Shown: positions 49,735 to 64,000 of the stretch, in pieces
Numbering within the stretch: the stretch's first letter is position 1
How the letters are laid out: each line of letters begins with the position of its first letter
Assembly: GCF_009914755.1 (NCBI RefSeq)
Contig: NC_060935.1
Length of the DNA stretch: 64,000 bases
Source: the human T2T-CHM13v2.0 reference genome, Homo sapiens
Direction: 5' to 3' (one strand)
Program-made: the position numbers and the translations under genes
The notes under the pieces: generated by a model
What the model was told of the DNA's origin: nothing
Seen by the model: the letters and a program-made list of their open reading frames with translations, nothing else
Database searches by the model: none

Positions 49735-50121
49735 CTCTCTCACAGACCCGCCCAAGAAAGCCGGTCCCGATGCAGTCACAGATGAAGCGGTTCCAGCCTT
49801 CTCGACAGACGCCCCCATTGCGACAGGGGGCAGATGCACACTGCTTCAGCGTCTCCCGGGAGCAAAAGGGGGCAACGCCCACAGCCCCCTGAGCCTCAGC
49901 CAGGCCCCGGAGGTCTCGGCTACGCCCATCTATGAAGAGGTCCCGCACACAGCCCACGTAGCCTGCCCGGAGTGCTGCTGTCCACACCTCTGGGGGCAGG
50001 GGCAGGTCCACCCGGCCCCCCTCAGGGAGACCGCCCAGGTACAGCTCACTCTCCAGGTCCAGAATCTCGCTGTCTCCAGTGGCCAAGAACGGCGTGCTGC
50101 GACTATTCACTGAGATGGAGC
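49735..50121 (-). CDS. NRXN2: NRXN2 alpha exon, 387 nt: LNS3 end plus EGF2 ([10 protein letters not shown]...GRVCER)
   Basis: tcccag|GC acceptor, GAG|gtgagg donor; phase 1-1. Confidence 0.97.
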
Positions 50122-50574
50122 CTGGGAATCAAGGGAAGGCAGGATGGAGAAAAGCCACAGGCCAGAAAGGGACATCCTGACTCTGCCAAGAAGGCCCCCC
50201 ACCTTGTGTGGGCCCCTCCACCTTGTGCCCTGCAGCAGGCTCAGGAGGACGAGCAGCAGTCCTGGGCTGGAAGCTCGGCCTCACTCACTGCAAAAACTGC
50301 TTGACAAAGGCCCCCAGGCTCAGAGGCTTCTGTGACGCAGCCCCAGCCCAGCTGCAGAATGCTGTGGGCCTCTGTCCATACCCCTCCTCCCCACCTCAGC
50401 AAGTCCTCAGAGGATAGGCAGGAAGTGGGCATGCCGAAATCTTGAGCTCGGAAAGGGTTGGATCATTCACTGGGTCATTCCTGCCAGCCAATTCCTTAGA
50501 CTGGGAACCGGAAGCAGAGAACCTCAAGGAACAGAAGGGGCTGAAAGATCTTTAATCCAAAGGAGTTTCTTCCC

Positions 50575-50810
50575 CCCACAAACATTTATTGAGCTTTTAT
50601 GACTAGATGCCAGGCACCTAGCACTTTAAATATATTATATCACTTAAGTCTCATAATAACTCTACGAAATCAGTCCTTTATGATCCCATTTTGAAATGGT
50701 AGACGAGGCTTGCAGAGACTGGGGAACAGTGCCAAAGCGCCACAGTGGGGAAGGAACACAGCCAAAGTATGGTCCCAGCAGCAAGAACTCAGAGCCTGCA
50801 CTCTCCACCC
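50575..50810 (+). mobile_element. MIR SINE relic
   Basis: ACATTTATTGAGC..TGCCAGGCAC..CCCATTTT core. Confidence 0.65.
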
Positions 50811-50936
50811 CTCAGCCAAGAGCCCACTCTGCGGCCAGCAAGGTGCACAAGCAGATTGGCTCCAGGGCCTGCGGGGCAGGACAGCAGTGAGGAGAAAGGA
50901 GGTAGGCACAGAATTTTTAGGTAGAAGAGTTCTTCA

Positions 50937-51320
<384 letters not shown>

Positions 51321-51482
51321 TTATCTTAGAAAAAAGACTTGGGATCTGGTAGGAGTTCCATAGCCTTTACTGAGACCTTAAGCTGCAGAAACCTATACCT
51401 TAGAAATTTTATTCTACTTGTATTTTTAAATTCCTTCCTCTGTCCTTTTTCAAGTTTGGAAGAACTGTTTAAAAGGGGTCGG

Positions 51483-51827
<345 letters not shown>

Positions 51828-52016
51828 TCACGCAAGACCCCATTGCAGACATCCTAGTTAGAAAAAAAAAAGACTCTGCCTAACTTCATGGGGTTAAAGA
51901 GAGGTTAAGGAGGGTTTGGGTCTGCATGAGGCCTGAATTTGGCAGGGAGCTTTGGGAGGAGAATCAATGTGAGCACAGGGTGGGAACCCAAGAGGGAAGA
52001 ACTGGGACCTCCTCTA

Positions 52017-52374
<358 letters not shown>

Positions 52375-52764
52375 CCTCACCTGAACCAGAGCTGTGCCCT
52401 CTTTTAGTAACATGGTCCCTAGCTTTTCTCTCCATACAAGGTGTCAGATGACCCATGGTCCTGACTCTAAACCCACTTCCCAGGGCTGGGGGCCCACTCC
52501 CCTAACAGGCCACCAAACATGGCCTGCCTGATTACCCACACCTCTATTTATAGCCAGATTCCCCCATGCCTGCTCTGCCCACCCACTGCAGGACCTCCTG
52601 GGCTTTACACGACTCAACCAGACTCTCTACAAATGAACCAAATGTTGGAGAAGGAAGAGAGAGAGAAGGAAAGAGATGGGGAAGGGGTGTATAATGGAGG
52701 GTCAACAAGAGGAAGCCATAGTGAGTACAGGCCTCTACACCAAGATCACTCAACACATGGAAAA

Positions 52765-53610
<846 letters not shown>

Positions 53611-53692
53611 AATGGAAAAGATCTAAGAGAGTTTTCTCGGAATAGCTGCCCCAAGTCTGTGTTTGTGTGCACATAGGAAATGGGTCATCAGA

Positions 53693-54457
<765 letters not shown>

Positions 54458-55171
54458 CTAGAGTGTTACTGACCACCTGGTAGAAACCCTGTGGGGCAGA
54501 GGGCTCTGGGAAGAATTCCTGGTGCTGTCCTGAGACACACCCCGGGGATGAAACCATTTAATGTAAAGCCCGGGGGAGGCAACACTTCAAGGATGGAAGC
54601 TAAAGAAATAGCAAGCCCATTAGAAACTGTCACTCTCCCAGAGCCACAGGGGCCCCTCCTTCCTGCATGGGGAGGAGCGGTCACTCCACCCAAACTCACA
54701 GGCCCAGCTCAGTGACAGGCGGAGGAGCACAAAAATTTAGCTGACGTTGATAAGTGCTTAAATTGGATAATGTGTCAGTTCTCATTTATATCAATTTCCC
54801 TTTCTTGGATAATTCTCTCATGTTCAACAAGATGGAGAAGAGTAAAGGAGAGAGAATTAGCAGACAGAAAACAAGAAGAGAATGCAAAAGACTGAAATGA
54901 AGGGTAAAGAAGAGAGTGGCTAGAAGCAACAGAAGATTCAAGAACAGGCATCTGTCTGACCCCAGAACCCTCTGCCCTGACACTTTATTGTTCTAGAGCC
55001 CTCACTGCTAGGTAGGGGTGTGGGGCTGTTTACTGTCTTTTTCACTCCATGGTCTCCCACCCCACACCAGAACAGGGGTTCTGTGACAGCCAAGATCGTC
55101 TCTTTAGTTTCCCTGCTGTCCATATCTACAGAACCTTGGACACCATCTGGCACACAGTGGGTGCTCAGTAA

Positions 55172-55504
<333 letters not shown>

Positions 55505-55555
55505 TAAGTTGAATGGCTCTAGACAGAAGGGAGGCATGGCTGGGAAGATATATTC

Positions 55556-55846
55556 TTTTTTCTCTGAGACAGAGTCTCGCTCTGTCGCTCAAGCTGGAGT
55601 GAAGTGGCACAATCTAGGCTCACTGCAAGCTCCGCCTCCCAGGTTCACGCCATTCTCCTGCCTCAGCCTTCCAAGTAGCTGGGACTACAGGTGCCCGCCA
55701 CCACACCCAGCTAATTTTTTGTATTTTTAGTAGAGATGGGGTTTCGCCGTGTTAGCCAGGATGGTCTCGATCTCCTGACCTCCTGATCTGCCCACCTCCG
55801 CCTCCCAAAGTGCTGGGATTACAGGCATGAGGCATCGCACCCGGCC
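55556..55846 (-). mobile_element. AluY-like element
   Basis: Reverse dimer with CCGTGTTAGCCAGGATGGTCTCGATCTC; TSD GGAAGATATATTCTT. Confidence 0.93.
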
Positions 55847-56233
55847 GGAAGATATATTCTTAAAGGTGAATGGGGTATCTACTCTATGTTGGCCACTGTG
55901 CTAATGCTTCCACAGATGTGCTCTTATTTTCTCCTCTCGATGGCCCTTGTGGGGTTATTCCTTCTACAGATAAGGAAACAGAGTCTCACATGCAGCAAGT
56001 AGGGGAGCTGAGGTGTAATCCAGGTCTGACTGATGCCAAATGCTGTGCTCTTTCTGCCAATGTCCGATGACAGAAAGGACAATTGGGAAGACGTGAGGGG
56101 GGTGGAGGAGAAGCGGCAGGGAAGAATATAGGAAATGGTGTAGAAGAGACCCGCTGAAGAGAGACGGAGAGGATGTCAGGGCAGATGGAAAGGGGTGGCC
56201 CATGGAAGGGGAAGGGTCCAGAGGCCTCCTGAC

Positions 56234-56672
56234 CTTTTCGCCCATCCCTCTGGAAGTCCACGTGACACCACTCGCCATCATTGACCTTGCGGCTGGATGC
56301 CCGCAGCTTGATGCCCCCAGATCCCATGTCCAGCAGAAGATAGAGGTGGCCGTCCAATAGCTCCATGGCAAAGTAGTCGGCCCGCTGAGCAGAGCTGTGG
56401 CTGCCAGCTCCACCCCCAGCCCGCCGGCCCTGGCTGAAGAGCAGCAGCCCATTGGGCTCGGTGGTGCGGAAGTCTAGGGAGATGGAGCCAGTGCGCTTAG
56501 CGCTCCAGCGGGGCAGCGCCACAAAGGCCTCGGGACTCTCAAAGGTCACAGGGTCCAGGGCAGCCACATCCTCACAGCGGAATGACAAGTCCCCCTGCAG
56601 CTTCATCTTGGGGTCCCCTTCCTTTGCCAGGCGGGATAGTTCCAATTTGAAGTCATTGTTCTTATAGACCAC
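56234..56672 (-). CDS. NRXN2: NRXN2 alpha exon, 439 nt: LNS2 end and LNS3 start (VVYKNNDFK...QRDGRK-G)
   Basis: ctgcag|GTG acceptor, AAG|gtcagg donor; phase 0 to 1. Confidence 0.97.
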
Positions 56673-56949
56673 CTGCAGGGAGGGGTGGGGTCAGGGATAA
56701 AGAATCCGAAAGCAGCTTAGGGCCTGGCCACTCCCACCCAGCAGCGAGCACCAGGGGACCCAGCCACCCACCCCTGTAGCCCCTGCTCAGTTCCACCAGA
56801 CCACCCGCTTAGGCCTCTGTTCTACAGCTTCAGACACAGAGGCTGTGAACAAGCACCTCCCTTGCCCGTCCTCTGTCCTGTCTTCTGGCCCAGCAGGAGC
56901 ATGGTGGCTTGCCTGTGGGTTCTCAGTGCCCACTAAATTGCAGTTCATA

Positions 56950-57195
56950 ATAATGACAAGGCCACTGACGTGTGGTAGCTGTTTTCCACTCAATGAAGTA
57001 TGTTCACTTACACTCTCATGTGCCCCTCACAACCTTATGAAGTAGGCACTGACTACCCATCCACAGAGGAGGAAACTCAGCATCAGACAGTCAAGTGACT
57101 TGACCACAGTCACAGAACCAATGAGTGGAAGAGTTGGGACTCAAGCAAGGTCTTTAGTCTTCATACCCAGCATTCTTTCCTCTGTACCACAGCTG
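56950..57195 (+). mobile_element. MIR SINE relic
   Basis: CCTCACAACC..ACAGAGGAGGAAACTCAG..AAGTGACTTGACCACAGTCACA. Confidence 0.7.
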
Positions 57196-57426
57196 CCTTT
57201 GAGGGTCCTCTATGAGGATAGGGGTTTCCAAGGCTCAAGGAAATCAAAGGGGAGAAGCCTCTTGATGGAGTCAGTGGGCCTTAGGTTTTAAAGAGGGGGT
57301 GTCTCCCACCATGGACTTGGAAGGAACAGATGACCCAGACAACTAGCCAGGTCAGACTAAGTCACGCTGAAGACAGGAGACAAAGGGCTCCTGAACAGCC
57401 TGCAGCCCCTCCCTAGCCCTACTCAC

Positions 57427-57588
57427 GTCCTTGAGGCAGCCCATGAAGTTGTTGCTGACGGGCGAGCCCGGCAGGTCAGCTGTGTTGGGGCTGCCCCCAA
57501 TGTAGAAGAAGTCATCAGAGCCCAGCATGGTGTAATCCTCCTGCGTGTAGCCTGTGGTGGTCAGGATCCCGTCCACCGAGATGGTCAC
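57427..57588 (-). CDS. NRXN2: NRXN2 alpha exon, 162 nt: LNS2 ([10 protein letters not shown]...MGCLKD)
   Basis: ggacag|GTG acceptor, GAC|gtgagt donor; 54 codons. Confidence 0.97.
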
Positions 57589-60500
57589 CTGTCCAGCCCA
57601 GGAGGGAGGGAGAAAGACAGGAGACAACCAACATCAAATCCCTAGGAAGAGCTACGGCTAGGCAAAGGAGGGGCCAGAGGGCAGCAGGGGAGGGGGACCC
57701 CCATTTTTATGTCTGCTTGTCTTGGAGGAGGAACAGTGGGGGAAGAGAGGAAATGAGGAAAAGGAGGCAGCACAAGATTTGATGGTTTCAGGGTGGGCTA
57801 AGACCTGCCCTCTGGCCCCCAACTCAGCAGGCAGGAGCCTGAAGGGTACTTGGAGAGCTCCCCATGAGGTCCCCCAAGAAGTAGTTCCTGGAGGGCACTC
57901 TGAACAGGAATGGGGGCTCCAGGACGGATCCCCCATTCTGGGGCACAGGATGGGTGCAAATGGCATCCTCACTTTTCTTCTCCTGAAGGTACTCTCTGGA
58001 CACACACGTAACTCCAGAACTTCTTTCAAAAGTGTGCCAGAGAATGGTGTTCCCCAGACCTTGGTGGCTTAGACTCACCTGCAGCCCTCTCTGCTGGGTG
58101 CTGGAAAGTCTTTCAGTCTGGACCCAGTAGGGAGATGGAAGATAGCAGTGTGAGGAGCAGGAACTCAAATATTCCTGGGAAGTCTTGAAACTTTCTGGGG
58201 TTGCCTATTGGGGTTGATTTCCACCCCTGCAGCCCAATCTCCAGGTTTGCACTTCTAGCCCTTTCCTGAGTCTGTCTCTTCACTCCTCAGGTCTCCTTAT
58301 ATTCAGGTCACTCTCTTGCCTCCAAAGGAGAGGGGAGCCCTTTAGCTACATCAACCCACTCTTCCTTCTTCCTGTCTAATTGCCTTGTCTACTGACACCA
58401 CTAGAGTTACTCCAGGGAGTCAGGGCCAGCTTAGGGAACAGACGGGGACAGGGCTAACTTAATGAATACCTTGCCCCTGGGCTGAAAGTTCAGTAAGAAA
58501 GCAGGATGAGCAGGAATGGGGGAGTACTTGGTATTCCAGGAGGCAGGGGGGCTCAGCGGTGGCCTGGAGAATGCAGAAGTAATCTTAGATGGGGCGGGGC
58601 ATGACAAGGACAGGAAACTCTCCAACTCTCCCAGTCTCCCCAGGCAAATGCCCACCTTCTCCAAAAAATCTAACTCTACAAGCAGCCCACAAGGTTCAAG
58701 ACACCCAGAAAGGTTGTGGGAGAAGGGCCAAGGGCTATGAGACCACGAGCCCCTACTCTAGGAAGGCAGTGGTTTGGAAGGGTCAGCTGGGAAAGAAGGC
58801 AGAGCTCTGCAGGGTCAACAGGAAGCTGGCTCAGGGTTAGCCCAACACTGTGCTTCTGCAGGCCACAGCTCACCCCATTTCTCTTTCGGGAACAGTCTAG
58901 AGATTGGGGCCTTCCAGTCACATCCTATGCCCTCCTCACCCACACCAGTCTATATGCACATGCCACCAGCCATCTTCCAGCGACTGGTCTCCAGGGGTCC
59001 ACGGTCTCGGTGGGTGAGGTGGAGGAACTCCAAAGGGACATGAGCAGAACTGGGGTAAGGGAGCTTCCTGCCCTCCCAGGACCCCAAGTCCCCCTTGTGC
59101 TTGGCTGGAGCCTCGCAGTGAATAGGGTAGAGCTAAGCCCCACTCTCCACCTCCTGGGAACCATCAAACCTTGTGCTGGGGTAACTAGGTTCAAGAGCAG
59201 AAGGTAAGGGGGTGTCTTTGTGGAAAGGGGCAGTCTGAAAGCTTTTGAGTCTTATTTGAGGGGAGGGCTGGTCATTATCGTTTATTTCTTCTTCCCTCCA
59301 CCCCACCCTAAGGCTGGGAAGTAGGGGTCTGGGTAGAAGAGGGAAGGGTCAAAGTATTAGTCACAAAAACATGCAAACGAGATTAGACCTGGCAGAGAAG
59401 GGCTGGAGAAAGGGAAGAAGGAACTGGGATGAAAGGTCAGGGATAAGACAGGGAGTGGGTAATAGGCTGAATGGGCCTCCCTGGGGCAAATTCAGCTCCA
59501 TCCAGCCCTCCACCTCCACTCTGCCTGATGCTGCACTGAGGGACCAGGAACTGGGCTGCTGATTACTTCCTGTGCCTAAGTCTGGTCACCCCAACTGGTC
59601 AGCTCCTGAGGGGCAGGCACCAGCCTGACATGTCCCTGTAACCCCACTAATCTGAACATAATCCAGGGGATACAGCACACAGTCATTAAAGATCGCCTTA
59701 TGACCCAGGGCCACACTGCCTGCATCCCCATCTATGAACCTAATACCTAAGGAGCCTGTGACTTTGGTGACAGAAACTCAAGTGCACTCCTGCTTCAGCG
59801 CAGGGAAAGGGCTCTTCTGGTCCCAAAGCTCCCCAGGAAGAGAATCTCCTCTTTTGGCCTTCAGCCCACCTGAGCCCCTCAGCTGTGTCCTCCCTCACTG
59901 GCCTCAGAAGCCAGGGCACCAGCCACTGGCCATCTCCCTCACCCTATGGGCTCTCTCTATCCCACTCCCTTTGCCAAAGTCACCCTCCCTTTGCACTCTC
60001 AGACTTAGAAGAGGTGACAGTGTGGGGTAGAGAAGAGGAAACACCCTCCTCAGTTTCCCTCCTGACTGGGCACAATCTCACCTTACCCCCTTGGGCTTTT
60101 TGCAGATCACTCCCATGTGCTCCCTACCCGGAAAGGGCTGCCTTAATCACCCTCTTATGACCCAGGGGTGGAGTAGCAGGAGGAAGGACAACATAAGGAA
60201 GTGCCCTGAGGAAAGGGATCAGCCAGAGGTGGGGAGTAGAGGGAGATAGTGGGGACGGGTTCTGGGTGGAAAGGAAGCCAAGGGTAGAGGGAATGGAGGA
60301 AGGTCTCTGGGGAAGGCAAGGAGGGAGATGACTTAGATTAGTAAAACCCGACTGTTCCCTCAGACGAATCAAAGTCCAGACACAAAAATGGCAGGTTCGT
60401 TAGTAAAAGCAGGAAACAGGGGAATAATTCCCCCGGTCCCCCTCCACCCCAGGGGTTCATGATGCCCCTGCCCCCCAACCTCCCCCCCACGCATCTTCTG

Positions 60501-61539
60501 GAAGGGGTGGGGCCGGTGGGGGAGGAGGGAAGGGAGGGGGCCGTGCGACACAGAACAGCCACTGCAGCTGGACACATGCAGGTTAGAGGAGCAGAGTGAG
60601 GGCTAGACCCAGCAGGACAGGCCAGAGAAAGGCAGCCAGGTAAGAAGGCGTGCGGGGCAGGGGCACTGGGAGGAGCAGAGATGGAGGCAACAGAGCTGTG
60701 GGGTGCAGGTAGGGAGAGCTTCCTTCCGATGATGGGGGTAAAGAGAGAGGAGTGACCACTAGGACAGAGACACTTATGGGTTGAAAAATAAAGAGAAAAG
60801 ACATTTGACTCTACCTTCCTCAACAGCAGGCGACCCAACACTCATTCCACCACCCATTCGCCACCGATCACCAACCCCGAGACACACCTGCGTACATACC
60901 ACATCCTACCCAGGGCAGTGGGACCTTCCAGCTCTCTCCTTCCAAACAGCATCACTGAGACACAGCAGAGTGTCTGCACCCAACCCATGCCAACCCACTC
61001 AACACAGACAAGCAGGCCGAGTGGGTACTGAGCTGGCCAAGGGGAATGAGCCAGAGCTTCTGCCCTGGAAGAGTTGTGTCCAGCCAGAGAAGGGAGAGGG
61101 TGCAGAGGCAGCAGGAGCCCACTGCCCAGCCCCCACTGTACTCCCCAGGAGCAGAGAGGCTGGCTGGAGGTGGACACAAGGGGCAGCCTGTGACTTGGGT
61201 GGGCTCTCAGCCCTCCCTGCTGACCCCACCTCTCTTTCTGCTCCATGCACCTCCCCTGTGGCAGGCTGTGCAGGATATGAAACTAAGTCCTGGCCATAAA
61301 TAACTCCACATTGGTGGGCACTCCATGTCCACATGCCTTAGGAAGAAAGGCTGAGGAAGAGGGGAAGTATCCTTCTGCCATCTTCTGGAGCCTTTATCAG
61401 TTGCCTGTGATGATCACAGGGTCACTAACCTCCTTGGGAGGGGGACTTAATCTGGGGAGAACAAGACGGAGGGCGGGTATTTTTAACTTGTGGGCAAGCT
61501 GGCTGAGCTTGGGAGATTCCAAGCCCCTTGATATTGTGT

Positions 61540-61635
61540 GCAAAACTGCCTCCGTGGGTTTTTTTCCTGTGAGAGTCCATTGCTGTCATCAAATTCTCAA
61601 AGGTATCCATGAGCCAAAGGTGGTTAAGAGCAACT
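61540..61635. mobile_element. Possible hAT-Charlie DNA transposon relic
   Basis: TTCTCAAAGG..TCCATGA.CCAAA..GGTTAAGA terminal-like motif. Confidence 0.4.
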
Positions 61636-62743
61636 AGTCTAGGGGAAAGGTCCTGGCATCCCCTTAGGATTGAGTGGGTGGAAATAAGGGACAAAGACAA
61701 AGAGGAAGAAAGGGTCTCCAGGCTGAGTAAGGTACTGCAAGTCCTGCTAAGGGTTTGGGTTAGCTACCTGTTCAATGAGAGGGCAGAAGCTAACCAGAGA
61801 CTCGGGTTGGAAAGACACACCATGAAGATGGACTGAACCAGCAGGCACAGCCCTGTCATGAATCCTGAGGTCTGGATTTGATAGTTTGGGAATAGAGAGG
61901 AAAGAGGTCAGAAATCCTGGGCTCTCATTCAGCCTTTATCCTTTTCCAGAACAATCCCATTTTACCTCTGACTCTCATCTGTGACAGGAGTTTAACAACT
62001 GTCGCTCCCATTTCTTCCAGGCTTACTCTGAGCACCAAATGAGAAAACTGAAGTGAAACTCCTCGATATCTGGCTATCTGACCCTAGGCAAGGTGCTTTC
62101 TCTGGGCTTCAGCTTTCCCCATCTGTTAACTGGAAACAATCTCTGCCTGCTACTTGCAGTCCAGGCATTCAAGTTTAAATGATATTCAAAAGGGGAAAGC
62201 TATTCAAAGAGTCCCAGTGTGTGTACAAAGAACTATCATTATTTGTACAAGCAAACTCCATCAGCCTGATCACACCTAATCCGAACTTCTCAACCTTCTC
62301 AAGGTTGGCCTTTTTGCTTTATATCCACCCTCTCCCCCAAGAAGAAGTGCTCAAACAACATGAAAATAGTCCATATAAATGAGTTAGTAAAAATAAATTG
62401 GAAACTAACCAAAACCTGTCTGGGGGATGCCCTGGGAATCAGAACACATTGAACCCTGTTACAAGGCCTCTGACTCTGGTCTTGGCTGAAAGAGCTGATT
62501 CCTAGTACAGATTTATGAAGGTCTATGAGGCCACCAAAAGGCAACCAGGTCTGTTTATCAGTCAGTATTGCTCATGCAGGAAAGTGCAGACTTTAGAGAC
62601 TCAGAATTTAGCAGATACTTTCCTTTCCAGGACTGAAACAAGACAGTATTGTTTACTTTTTTTTGTTTTGTTTGTGTGTGTGTGTGTGTTTGTTTTAGAG
62701 ATAGGGTGTTTGTTTGTTTGTTTGTTTTAGAGATGGTGCCTTG

Positions 62744-63096
<353 letters not shown>

Positions 63097-63132
63097 TCAT
63101 GCACTCTTCCCATCTCAGCCTTGAGTAGCTGA

Positions 63133-63511
<379 letters not shown>

Positions 63512-64000
63512 TAGCTGGGATTACAGGTGCCTAGCTGGTTGTTGCTTCTTAACCAATTTAATCAAGTCATTCATTTTTCTTCCTCTTCTCCAGCCCAATT
63601 CCTGAAGCATTCTAGGGTTTCATACAGTTATTTTGGGACTGATTCTTAAGAAGAGATGGTAATAGGATCTCCAGTGGGCCAGAGATGCTGTGTTCTCCAG
63701 GGTTTGCTAGGGAAGAGAATCATTTCTTTACAAAACATCCCTGCCCTGGAAACACTGAGATAACCAGTTAACATTTTATAAAGCTTAGTAACATTACAAT
63801 TTCCTTTACAGAGTACAAATGTTTTCACTTCTATTACTCTACCTGATCTTCACACTGACCCCATGTAGTAGGCAATGCAGGTATATTACCACTATTAGCC
63901 CATTTGGTAGATAAGGGAACTGAGCTTTAGTAGACTCAGCCCATGTGGTCAATTTTTAACCAAATTGAGGCTAGATGGAAAGTCTGCTGGGTCCTAATTC

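Overview
Primate (most likely human) genomic DNA containing the middle and 3' part of the neurexin-2 gene (NRXN2) on the minus strand. I resolved 15 alpha-isoform coding exons with GT-AG boundaries and consistent phases, running from LNS2 to the heparan-sulfate/Cys-loop exon. They include the 27-nt SS3 microexon and the 90-nt SS4 exon. The beta-neurexin-2 first exon and its CpG-island promoter are also present. The alpha 5' exons lie beyond base 64000 and the terminal SS5/TM/cytoplasmic exon lies before base 1. Repeats comprise about 12 Alus (all above 47.7 kb), an old two-LTR MLT1/MaLR relic, an L1M fragment, MIR/L2 relics and two long degenerate tandem tracts. The main unexplained signals are: a 93-bp non-Alu near-perfect inverted repeat sharing an intron with a candidate unannotated poison/gamma-like exon; three distal UWAA islands plus the proximal one around SS4; an in-frame strong-Kozak micro-uORF just before the beta start; and an Alu-flanked two-exon circle with no stop codon. 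Nearly all long ORFs in the supplied track are non-coding artefacts. All findings come from reading the sequence by eye and are untested.
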